DNA from: a bacterium
GTDB taxonomy: Bacteria > Patescibacteriota > Patescibacteriia > UBA2196 > GWA2-42-15
Direction: 5' to 3'
Assembly: GCA_035388025.1 (NCBI GenBank)
Contig: DAOOPA010000002.1
Location: 1-44,078, forward strand
DNA length: 44,078 nt
The notes below the pieces were generated by a model that worked only from the letters and a program-made list of their open reading frames with translations, was not told the origin of the DNA and ran no database searches. Below are positions 1 through 8,637 of the stretch, one piece after another (position 1 is the first letter of the stretch; each line of letters opens with the position of its first letter). A program made the translations under genes and the position numbers.

Positions 1-84
1 AAAAAATTATCAAAAAATATTACTAATTATTTGTCTGTTCTAGACAAGCACCAAAGTGATTTTTATAATCACTTTTATTCATTT

Positions 85-169
85 GCGGACGTGGCGGAAT
101 TGGTATACGCGCATGCTTGAGGTGCATGTGGGGCAACCCATGGGAGTTCAAGTCTCCCCGTCCGCACCA
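85..169 (+). tRNA. tRNA-Leu (anticodon GAG), class II with long variable arm, CCA encoded
   Basis: Hand-folded cloverleaf: acceptor GCGGACG/CGTCCGC, anticodon stem CATGC/GCATG with loop TTGAGGT (GAG), long variable arm, T-arm GGGAG-TTCAAGT-CTCCC, discriminator A then CCA. Confidence 0.9.
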
Positions 170-180
170 ATACATTTGAG

Positions 181-206
181 CTCCCTTTCGAGGGAGTTTT
201 TGTTTT
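181..206 (+). terminator. Rho-independent terminator after tRNA-Leu
   Basis: Hairpin CTCCCT-TTCG-AGGGAG followed by TTTTTGTTTT. Confidence 0.6.
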
Positions 207-687
207 GGCTTGCAAATTAGTAATATATGGGGTAATCAAAAATAAATCAAAGTCTCAGCTCAAAGAAGTAGGCTTTTCTGCCAAGACAAAAACCAGCTGT
301 CACGTTCCGGCCGATATCAGGCCATCGATTTCTGGTTATTATCAATGGCAAACCTGGAATTGCCATCAAAGCCGCGGCAACAAAAAATTATCGACTGGTG
401 GCGGCCAATAGCCAGCCGCGAATTAGTTTGGGCCGTCCCGTGGGATGGCGATCAGGACCAAAATATCCGGAAGTAAAAGTTGACAGCACTAATTATTGGC
501 GCTGTGGCGATTGTGGTTGTTGGAATTATGTATCCATGGGCAATATGGGTATCCAAAAATGCCATGGGTGCATCAAGGCGGTCATGGTTAAGCGCTAATT
601 CTCCGCTACAGTCAAAGGGTGGATCGACTGATTGTCGATCTGCCCTTTTCTTTTGCCAAGAAACTGGTTGGCGGTTATAATGACTTT

Positions 688-2289
688 ATGAATAAATTCG
701 CAACTTGGCTGACAAAAAATGACAAAAAAGTACTGGCCGGCATGGTCGGCCTGTATATTTTAATTGTATCAACGGCGTGTATTTGGAAATACCAAAATTT
801 TCTATATGACGGACTAGATCTGGCGATTTATAATAATGCGCTCTGGAACACGGTTCAGGGCAACTGGTTTTGGTCATCAATCCAAGGACATAACTATTGG
901 GGCGATCATTTTGAACCGATTTTAATTTTACTCCTGCCGATCTATTATCTGTGGCAGTCGCCCCTAATGCTTTTGATTTTACAAACCCTGGTTTTGGGGC
1001 TAGCGGCTTGGCCGATTTATTTGGTGGTAAAAAAAGTTTATCCTGAGGAAGATCTGGCGATGAAGAATGGCCCCGTGTTAAAACCTGATTATGTTAATCA
1101 TAATTTACAGGTGTCAAAACGGGATCCCTCCGCTCCCCCGCAGAACTCAAGACGGGGTCGGTCGGGACAGGTTGCTGTTACCGCTATCGGTCTAACTCTC
1201 CTATGGCTCATCAATCCGCTCGTTCACAATGTCAACCTCTACGAATTTCACGCGATTGTTTTTTTGCCATTTTTCTTTTTCTGGCTATTTTATATTTATT
1301 TAAAAATAAAAACACGGCCCTCGAAAAAATTATTTTTATATTTTTATATTCTTGTATTCTTGTGTCTAATGATTCGCGAAGATGTGGCGTTTATTATCTT
1401 AACTTTTTTAATCATCCTCTGGCTTGACGCCTGGAAGAATAAAGAAAAACTCCTTTTACGAATTACTAGTTACGAGTTGCTAGTTACTCTTCTGTATCTA
1501 ATTCTGGCCTTTAAATTCATCGGCCATTTATCACCTTCTGGCTTTTCGCCCTTTGCTTTTTATTACGGCTGGCTATGGCAGGCTAATTGGCTGACGGCTA
1601 TTAAGCATCTTTTGACTCTAACGAACTTGGAAATGGTACTGGGTTTTCTGGCACCCTTTTTCTTTTTACCAGTGATCAAACCAAGGTGGTTACTAATCTC
1701 GGTAATACCTTTGGCGCAAATAATATTGTCGGCCGCTGGCGGCGGAGCCCAGGTCTGGCAAATACATTATGGGGCTTTATTTTTACCAGCGCTAATGATT
1801 GCTTTTATTTATGCCTGGCCAAGGGCAAATGAAGCCAGTGCGCGTTATTTTAAAGATCAGCGAATTTTATTTTTAATAATAGTACTTTTCAATCTGGCCC
1901 TGTGGCCGAATTTTGGCCCTGTGGCCAGACAAAATAAAATCGCCGATCGACAGACGGTGAAGACGATGCTAGAGCAGATTGAGCCTGATGCGTCCATAAT
2001 GGCCAGTTTTAGACTTTTGCCAAATTTGTCCAGCCGGAAGGAAATTTATTCCTTGCATTATTATTTCTTGGGTGTGCAACAGTTTGCCCAGGCGGAATAT
2101 ATTTTGGACAGGGATCCGGAATATATTTTAATGGACAAAGATGACTATCAATATTTTGACGATATTTTAAAAACTTCAGCTTGGGCCGGAGCCTATTATG
2201 ACCGAGGTTATCAACGGCTAGGACAACTTTTATCTAACTACCAAAAGATGGAAGAAGCTAAGACAATAAGTTTGTGGCAAAAAAATTAA
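688..2289 (+). CDS. DUF2079-family polytopic membrane protein
   Basis: ORF 619..2289; first ATG at 688. The segment YNNALWNTVQGNWFWSSIQGHNYWGDHFEPILILLLP matches the DUF2079 N-terminal signature as I remember it. Many hydrophobic segments. Confidence 0.7.
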   Translation: MNKFATWLTKNDKKVLAGMVGLYILIVSTACIWKYQNFLYDGLDLAIYNNALWNTVQGNWFWSSIQGHNYWGDHFEPILILLLPIYYLWQSPLMLLILQTLVLGLAAWPIYLVVKKVYPEEDLAMKNGPVLKPDYVNHNLQVSKRDPSAPPQNSRRGRSGQVAVTAIGLTLLWLINPLVHNVNLYEFHAIVFLPFFFFWLFYIYLKIKTRPSKKLFLYFYILVFLCLMIREDVAFIILTFLIILWLDAWKNKEKLLLRITSYELLVTLLYLILAFKFIGHLSPSGFSPFAFYYGWLWQANWLTAIKHLLTLTNLEMVLGFLAPFFFLPVIKPRWLLISVIPLAQIILSAAGGGAQVWQIHYGALFLPALMIAFIYAWPRANEASARYFKDQRILFLIIVLFNLALWPNFGPVARQNKIADRQTVKTMLEQIEPDASIMASFRLLPNLSSRKEIYSLHYYFLGVQQFAQAEYILDRDPEYILMDKDDYQYFDDILKTSAWAGAYYDRGYQRLGQLLSNYQKMEEAKTISLWQKN

Positions 2290-2310
2290 AAGGCTTTTAA
2301 GTTTTAATAT

Positions 2311-2342
2311 AAAAAATCCGGCTTTAGAAGGCCGGATTTTTG
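2311..2342. terminator. Bidirectional terminator between convergent genes
   Basis: AAAAA-ATCCGGC-(8 nt)-GCCGGAT-TTTT. The stem overlaps the last codons of the minus-strand gene. Confidence 0.6.
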
Positions 2343-3856
2343 AAAATGAAGACCGTGGTTTTTTCAAAGCCGCCAAATTCTTTTTGGGTCACAGTTTCCC
2401 AGTGGTGTTTTAAAAACCAATCAAGCACCAAATCCGCCCGATGAGTTTGGGCGGAAATGCCTGGGTAAACCAGGATAATTCTTTGGTTGGTCTCAAAAAC
2501 CTGATTAAAGTCTGGGAGCTGTTCGGCGTTGAGCACCGGATACCAATTATATTTGACCGCCAAAAGCAGTTGATCGTCGCCCAAATCGCGAGTCAGGACG
2601 TGGTTAATAGGCAAAGCTTTGGAGCGATAATGATCAACGATAATATCATAGACAAAGGCTGGAAAAAATACACTATCACCAGGCCGGACATTGGCTTCGA
2701 TATAAGAGGTAATCGTTTGCCACTGATGTTGGCCTTGGTTTTTGATAATCCACAGGTTGTATGGGGCAAAAAGTAAAAACAAAACAATAATAATTATTCG
2801 GACAAACAAGCTCTTGAGCCGGAGACGGTCGAAACCAAGAGCCAATAACAGAAAAAGACCAGCGCTCCCGATCAAGTAATACTTAGATACCCAAACTTGA
2901 AAACAAAAGCCAATCGCTAGGGGCACTAAAAAAATAAATAAAGCAAAGAGACTGCCCGGAGCTGGATCATATTTGATTTTTATCTCGCCGGCGGCTGATT
3001 GATTAAAGAAAAAGCGAGCCAGCGCCCAAACGAAAAAAATCCCCAAAATAATCAGAGCGCCAAACTCCAAAAAAGGATTTTCGTCACCCAAGAAAAAGAA
3101 AGAGCGCGGCAATTCAAAAAGAAAAAATCCGCCACCACCGGCAGTGTGCAAGTACCAAGCACCGTTATTGAAGCGGGCAAGGCTATGCTTGGCAAAATTG
3201 TAAAACCAAGGCAACCAGAGCAACAGAATGGCGCCGTTAGCCACCAGCCAAGCGCGCCAAGTAATATTTTTGCGTCGAAGTAAATAATACGCAAACAGCC
3301 AATACAAATTGACGCTTAGGAGAAGAAAAACAGCAGTCAAATGAGTATAGAGAGCACCCAAGGCACAAGAGGCATAAAAGATCAAAAAACTATTTTTACC
3401 TTCGGTTAGATAACGCCAGAAGAAATAGCAAGCCAGGAGTGCGAAGAACAACAATAAAGGATACATGCGCGCATCCATAGAGGTGAACAGGTGATAACAG
3501 GAAAAGGCGGAAAGAAAAGCGGCAAAAAGTCCAACTGAATGACGGCCGGATATTTTCTTGCCCAAGAGATAAAACAAAAGAATATTGAGGGCGGAGAAAA
3601 GGACAGAAGATAAACGCAGTATTGGCTCGCTGGAACCAAATAATTTGATCCAAAAATGAAGAAGCCAATAGTGGAGAGGTGGATTATTTTCCCATTGAAG
3701 ATACTGCCAACTGCCAATAATGCTTTTCTCGGCGATTTTTAAACTAACCACCTCATCGAACCAAAAACTTTGCGAATGAAAAACAGCAATCAGCCGCAGG
3801 GCGAGGCCAGCTAAAAAAATCAGAAATAAATAAATAGTAGCTTGAGATTTTTTCAT
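2324..3856 (-). CDS. GT-C fold glycosyltransferase, ArnT/PMT (GT39/GT83)-like
   Basis: 510 aa, about 12 TM segments. N-terminal SFWFDEVVSLKIA loop motif is typical of PMT_2/ArnT-like enzymes. Its start overlaps the upstream stop by 1 nt (TAATG). Confidence 0.7.
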   Translation of the reverse strand: MKKSQATIYLFLIFLAGLALRLIAVFHSQSFWFDEVVSLKIAEKSIIGSWQYLQWENNPPLHYWLLHFWIKLFGSSEPILRLSSVLFSALNILLFYLLGKKISGRHSVGLFAAFLSAFSCYHLFTSMDARMYPLLLFFALLACYFFWRYLTEGKNSFLIFYASCALGALYTHLTAVFLLLSVNLYWLFAYYLLRRKNITWRAWLVANGAILLLWLPWFYNFAKHSLARFNNGAWYLHTAGGGGFFLFELPRSFFFLGDENPFLEFGALIILGIFFVWALARFFFNQSAAGEIKIKYDPAPGSLFALFIFLVPLAIGFCFQVWVSKYYLIGSAGLFLLLALGFDRLRLKSLFVRIIIIVLFLLFAPYNLWIIKNQGQHQWQTITSYIEANVRPGDSVFFPAFVYDIIVDHYRSKALPINHVLTRDLGDDQLLLAVKYNWYPVLNAEQLPDFNQVFETNQRIILVYPGISAQTHRADLVLDWFLKHHWETVTQKEFGGFEKTTVFIFKNPAF

Positions 3857-4554
3857 TATGAGAATTTTAACTTGAAAACCAATTTAAAAAATTCCAGGAT
3901 ATCTTTTCGGCCCAGCTTGGATGTGCCGATCCGGCGATCCGGAAAAGTGACGGGGATTTCCACGATCTTCAGGCCGGCTTTTTCCAGACGATAAATCATT
4001 TCTATCTGAAAAGCGTAACCGTTGCTTTTTAAGCGCGCGTAGTCGACACTCTCCAAGGCGGAGGAACGGAAACACCGGAAACCGGCGGTGATATCATGGG
4101 TTTTCAAACCAAGAACTAAACGGGCAAAAAACATAGCGCCATCGGAATACAATTTGCGGCGCCAATTCCAGCCGATGATTTGGCCGCCTGCAACTTTCCT
4201 CGAGCCCATGGCGAGATCGGCACCAGCTTCTACCGCGCTAATAAGACGAGGCAAATCCCCAGGATTATGAGAAAAATCCGCGTCCATCTCAATCAGACAT
4301 TTAGCGCCAGCGGAGAGACAATATCGAAATCCTTCGCGATAAGCCGAGCCGAGACCGAGCTTGCCGGCGCGATGAATCACATGGAGCGGATAGAGCGCGG
4401 ACAATTGATCAGCCAGCGAACCGGTGCCGTCAGGAGAATTATCATCAACAACAACGACGGACAGTCCATTAATCTTTAAATCAAAAATAGCCTCTACCAG
4501 ACGAGGAAGATTTTCCGCTTCATTGTAGGTGGGGATGATGACCCAGGTTGGCAT
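3856..4554 (-). CDS. Polyprenol-phosphate mannosyltransferase (Dpm1/Ppm1-like GT2)
   Basis: IIPTYNEAENL, VVVDDNSPDGT, RAGKLGLGSAYREGF, MDADFSHNP: the classical Dpm1-type GT2 motif series. Confidence 0.85.
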   Translation of the reverse strand: MPTWVIIPTYNEAENLPRLVEAIFDLKINGLSVVVVDDNSPDGTGSLADQLSALYPLHVIHRAGKLGLGSAYREGFRYCLSAGAKCLIEMDADFSHNPGDLPRLISAVEAGADLAMGSRKVAGGQIIGWNWRRKLYSDGAMFFARLVLGLKTHDITAGFRCFRSSALESVDYARLKSNGYAFQIEMIYRLEKAGLKIVEIPVTFPDRRIGTSKLGRKDILEFFKLVFKLKFS

Positions 4555-4568
4555 AAAATATTTTTAAC

Positions 4569-6230
4569 TTACTTTAAATCTACCTGATAAATGACAACTT
4601 GGCCAGAGCGGAAAACCGGATGGAGGTAATTTTTTTCTTCAGGCTCAAATTCTCCGACTATGTCTTCGCTTGGACTGAAGAAAACATAGTTAATCTGATT
4701 AATTTTTAAAAAATTAATTTTGCGATCGTCGAAATCATTGGTCTTGAAAAATAAGTAGGCTAAACCAAATTTACTTTCAAAAAATAAAGTTTCGACTCCA
4801 TGGCCGACAAACACGCGCCGGCCGGCCACTCCGGGGATCAAATTGCCGTTGATAATATCCGACAAAATCAGGTCATCGGCGGATAGGTTAGCTTGAAGCC
4901 AGCGGTAGCCAGCAAAGCGGTCGGCGGAAATATAAAGCTGTTCTTTGTATTGAGGGTCGGCAAAGACGGAGAATTCCCTGACCAGATTAAAAATCTGAGA
5001 GGGGCAGAATATAGTGATGAAAAGGATAAGCGCTAAATATTTGTTGCGGACATAGAAATCGAAATGGTGGGCGGATAATCGACGGCGCAACCATTCATAA
5101 AAATAACGCAGACCGAATACGGCCAAGAGTGTCATCGGGATCTGCCAGCCCTGAAGCATGCGCCGTTGCCAAGGCAAGGGTGAATAAATAAGTAAAAACT
5201 GTACAAAAAACCAAACCGTCAGAAAAACATACTCCGGACGCCAAGCGCGACGACGAAAGAATGTAATCAGACAAAATATCAGCAAAATCAAAAGCGGAGC
5301 ATAACTAATCATGGTGACCCAAAGAGAAGGAGTCAAACAGACGTTTTGTAAGGTACGAAAGCGGGTCAGATCGTCGCTGCTCATCAGCCAAAAATAATAG
5401 ACGATTATAGGCAAAGAAAATAAACTGACAATAAAAAAGTAGCCTAATTGCGTAAAATCAATTTTTTTATTCTTGATAAACAACCAACCAAGGTAGACCC
5501 CCAGCACTCCGAAGATAGTGGGCAAATGGAAAGGGTGGAAGGAAAAAAGAAACAAGGCCGCCAACCCGGAAAAGATCGCGTAACTGGCGCGGCGTGATTG
5601 AAGCGCCCAGAAAAAAAACAAGAAAATCAAGCTAATAAGTAAGGTGGAAAGGATAAGGTGCGGAGACTGGAGTAGCGTCAAAAGACTGTTGCTTTCCGGC
5701 GCCCAGAGATCTAATGGCCAATTGTACCAACCTTTTTGATAAACGTTATTTTCCAAAAAAGGAGAGGCGGTGGCGCCCCAACCCGAGGCAAAAGCCAGAA
5801 AAATAAAGCTGATAGCGCGCCAAGTTTTGGCGCGAAAAAAATAAGCGGAGATAAAATAGAGCACAAAAATCAAAGCCGGAATCAAAATAATCCTAGCCAG
5901 CTGGAAGGCAATAATATTGGAAAGACCAAAAAATTTAGCCCCTAGACCGAGCAATAACCAAAAAAGATTCAGCATTGGATAGGGTTGGGGTTCGGTCGTA
6001 TATAAATCAGAAAAAAGCCCATGCCCTTGGCGCACCTGTTCTAGATAAGAGTAATAAACATGGATATCCCCCGGGGTAAGCGAATGGAGACCGGTGTAGT
6101 GATAACCAACCGGGGTAACCAGCCAACCATAAAAGTAGGGCGCGGTTGTAAGCAAAATAACAAAAACAGAAATGGCAATAACCAGGAACCATTCACGACG
6201 AGCAATAGATTTTAGGAGGTCGCGCAACAT
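4569..6230 (-). CDS. Large polytopic membrane protein, putative GT-C glycosyltransferase
   Basis: 553 aa with more than 10 TM segments and a C-terminal soluble domain (ADRFAGYRWLQANLSADDLILSD...). This architecture is typical of GT-C enzymes. No specific family recognised. Confidence 0.55.
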   Translation of the reverse strand: MLRDLLKSIARREWFLVIAISVFVILLTTAPYFYGWLVTPVGYHYTGLHSLTPGDIHVYYSYLEQVRQGHGLFSDLYTTEPQPYPMLNLFWLLLGLGAKFFGLSNIIAFQLARIILIPALIFVLYFISAYFFRAKTWRAISFIFLAFASGWGATASPFLENNVYQKGWYNWPLDLWAPESNSLLTLLQSPHLILSTLLISLIFLFFFWALQSRRASYAIFSGLAALFLFSFHPFHLPTIFGVLGVYLGWLFIKNKKIDFTQLGYFFIVSLFSLPIIVYYFWLMSSDDLTRFRTLQNVCLTPSLWVTMISYAPLLILLIFCLITFFRRRAWRPEYVFLTVWFFVQFLLIYSPLPWQRRMLQGWQIPMTLLAVFGLRYFYEWLRRRLSAHHFDFYVRNKYLALILFITIFCPSQIFNLVREFSVFADPQYKEQLYISADRFAGYRWLQANLSADDLILSDIINGNLIPGVAGRRVFVGHGVETLFFESKFGLAYLFFKTNDFDDRKINFLKINQINYVFFSPSEDIVGEFEPEEKNYLHPVFRSGQVVIYQVDLK

Positions 6231-6233
6231 AGA

Positions 6234-7904
6234 TTATTTTATTTGGTAGACATAGTCATTATCGCTCTGATGGATCAGGGTGGCGAAATCACCAGAAGAT
6301 AAAAGGTTGGTTATTTTTTCCTTGAAGGCTGGGGGATAAAAATTAAAATGAAAGATGAGCCGAGTGGCCCCATAATCCTTGGCGGCTCCAAGATCAGAAA
6401 CATCTAAATTAAAATCAAACAATTTTTTATTGAGCTCCTGGTGGGAGCGCGGAGAGTAGCCGCTATAACCATTAATTATCTTTTGAAAGTGGGAGATAGA
6501 CCAATATTCATAAATAGCATCCCAGTTGTTTTCTAGCCGACTCACCCCAGAGGGTAACTCTAAGTAAATTTGATTGGGTGGCTGATTTTTTAACCAATTA
6601 CAAACAGCGGGCGGTGGCAAGGTCTGCACATAAGGCTTGGGCGTGGTAAAGCTAAATTCTACAAACAATAAAATAAAAAGAGAAAAGGTTATGATTAAAA
6701 TTTTAGAATGATTGTTTTTTTGTTTGATAAGAAAAAATTCTTTTAGGCCAAAAGCAATAATCACGCTGACGGCTAAGAGAAAAAAGATACTATAGCGGCC
6801 GACGGCCCGAATACCATTAAAGCCTGGTAGAAAATGATAGAAAATAGCCCAGGGACCCAATAGCCCGCTGGTTTCCGAGCGAGTCAGTTGTAGATAATAG
6901 CCAAGGGAACAAAGCAGAGCCAAAAAGCCAAAAGCATAATAGGCAATCAAGCGGCGATCAGGGGTGCGAGCGCGAAAAATAAAAACAGAACTCGCGATCA
7001 ATAAAAGCCAGATTAAAATACCTGGGCCAACCGCCCACTCGGGGAAAAAAGCTGGATAAAAAATATGGTAAAAGAAGGGGCTAACAAAATAATCTATTAA
7101 GTCTGGAGAAAGACCTTCAATATTATTAATCGAGCGCTCTAGACCAAGCTCTTGTCTTGTTTGAAAATAAGGCCAAGTAAAAGTCGTGACAAGGGTGGCA
7201 AGAATTAAGATGATGACAGCAATCTTTAACCAGTATTTCCTGAGAAGGACTAAACTGCCAGACTGCCAGTGGGCGACGGCCAAAAAGGCAAAGACAAATG
7301 GCAAAAAAAGAAAATACTGCATGGCATTTAGAAAGACCAAGAGAGTAAAGATTAAAAAAAGAAAAATATTGGGCCAAGAGAAGCGGGTAAAAATCTTTTG
7401 AGCATAAAGTAAAAAATATGGCAACCACATGCCCGACAAATTAATGTGTTCCAGATGATTGATTTTGTAAGGCGCAAAAGCATAAATAAAGGCGGCAACA
7501 AAAGAAGCAAATTTGTTCTTGGTGAGATAATAAGCCAATAAATACATACCGAGGCCACCGATAGCAAAGGTTAAATGGCAAACAAGGTTATAAACAAGAA
7601 TAATATTTTTAAAAATCAGAAACAGGGGCCAAGCCAAAAGCAAGGAACCGAACATGTTTTCGGTAAAAGCCAAGGTATTTTTGAAGGGAGCAAAAGTATT
7701 GGTATCAAAAACCGTGAGCGGATTGATAGGAATTTGGTGCATTTCCCATGACCAAATCCAACTAACAAGAAGAGGGTCACCGCCCTGGGGTGCCATATTA
7801 TCAAGGTGAGTAATGGGTGCCCGAGTAAACCAGAAAGACAAAATAAAAAATAAAACAAAGATACCAAGGCAAACTATTTTGTGATTTATTTTGGGGAGAG
7901 ACAT
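6234..7904 (-). CDS. Large polytopic membrane protein, putative GT-C glycosyltransferase
   Basis: 556 aa. First extracytoplasmic loop GGDPLLVSWIWSWEMHQ...FDTNTFAPFKNTLAFTENMFG, many TM segments, C-terminal soluble domain. Sits 3 nt from the downstream gene. Confidence 0.55.
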   Translation of the reverse strand: MSLPKINHKIVCLGIFVLFFILSFWFTRAPITHLDNMAPQGGDPLLVSWIWSWEMHQIPINPLTVFDTNTFAPFKNTLAFTENMFGSLLLAWPLFLIFKNIILVYNLVCHLTFAIGGLGMYLLAYYLTKNKFASFVAAFIYAFAPYKINHLEHINLSGMWLPYFLLYAQKIFTRFSWPNIFLFLIFTLLVFLNAMQYFLFLPFVFAFLAVAHWQSGSLVLLRKYWLKIAVIILILATLVTTFTWPYFQTRQELGLERSINNIEGLSPDLIDYFVSPFFYHIFYPAFFPEWAVGPGILIWLLLIASSVFIFRARTPDRRLIAYYAFGFLALLCSLGYYLQLTRSETSGLLGPWAIFYHFLPGFNGIRAVGRYSIFFLLAVSVIIAFGLKEFFLIKQKNNHSKILIITFSLFILLFVEFSFTTPKPYVQTLPPPAVCNWLKNQPPNQIYLELPSGVSRLENNWDAIYEYWSISHFQKIINGYSGYSPRSHQELNKKLFDFNLDVSDLGAAKDYGATRLIFHFNFYPPAFKEKITNLLSSGDFATLIHQSDNDYVYQIK

Positions 7905-7912
7905 AATCGTCT

Positions 7913-8620
7913 TTAATGACGGCTGGCGTAAAGCCGATAAATATTTTTTAAATATTCAATCATGGCCCTGAGCAGGCCAACCTTGCTGCGGCGGTTGGTA
8001 TTTTTTATTTCCTGCCAGACCACGGGGATTTCTTGAATGGCGAGATTGGCTCTTTCGGCCAAAATAATAAGTTCGGTGTCAAAAAACCAAGTCCGGTTTT
8101 TGATCCGGGGCACAATTTGACTAACGACTCGATGGTTGACGGCCTTAAAACCGCAAGGCGCGTCTTGAACTTTTAGACCAAGTAAAATTTTTAAAATCAA
8201 ACGTAAAAAATTGGAGATCAAGCGACGGACAAATGAACGCTCGACTGATGAGCCACTAACGAAGCGCGAACCGGCAGCGATATCGGCTCCGGATTGAACG
8301 GCAGAGACGAGCGGTGGCAGGGCGGATAAATCCACGGATAGATCCGCATCCATAAAAATATAAATATCAGCTGGAAACTTTTGCCAGGCCGAGATCACGG
8401 CCAAGCCTTTGCCGCGGCCAGCTAACCGTAGGTGTTTTATTTCTGGATAAAGGGTGGCCAAGCGCCCGGCAATATCCGATGTGCCATCGTCGGAAGCATT
8501 GTCGCTGATGATGATCTGCCAGGGCGCGAGAATATTTTTTTGACAAAAGGCAAAAAGCTGAAGAATATTTTTCTCCAAAATAGAAGCTTCGTTGTAAGCT
8601 GGGATGACGATGGAAACCAT
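7913..8620 (-). CDS. GT2 glycosyltransferase, dolichyl/polyprenyl-phosphate beta-glucosyltransferase (ALG5)-like
   Basis: IVIPAYNEASIL, IIISDNASDDGT, GRGKGLAV, MDADLSVDL. The RGKG motif resembles the ALG5-type rather than the Dpm1-type. Confidence 0.8.
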   Translation of the reverse strand: MVSIVIPAYNEASILEKNILQLFAFCQKNILAPWQIIISDNASDDGTSDIAGRLATLYPEIKHLRLAGRGKGLAVISAWQKFPADIYIFMDADLSVDLSALPPLVSAVQSGADIAAGSRFVSGSSVERSFVRRLISNFLRLILKILLGLKVQDAPCGFKAVNHRVVSQIVPRIKNRTWFFDTELIILAERANLAIQEIPVVWQEIKNTNRRSKVGLLRAMIEYLKNIYRLYASRH

Positions 8621-8637
8621 ATGACGAAAACAAACAA

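Noticed and set aside
205-598. Track ORFs 205..411 and 398..598.
   Set aside because: They have non-ATG or poorly placed starts, no RBS, and translations rich in Cys/Trp/Arg that do not look like proteins. See the finding on the 170-687 spacer.
1135-1157. Shared motif CCCCCGC...(C)TCAAGA...CGGGG at 1135-1157 (inside the DUF2079 gene), 12499-12522 (flanked by TCAAGAT direct repeats at 12483 and 12516) and 22289-22313.
   Set aside because: The common core is only about 12-15 nt. CCCCCGC also occurs in unrelated coding sequence (e.g. 14659), and the copy at 1135 forms only a 5 bp stem. Too short to call a repeat family without a genome-wide count.
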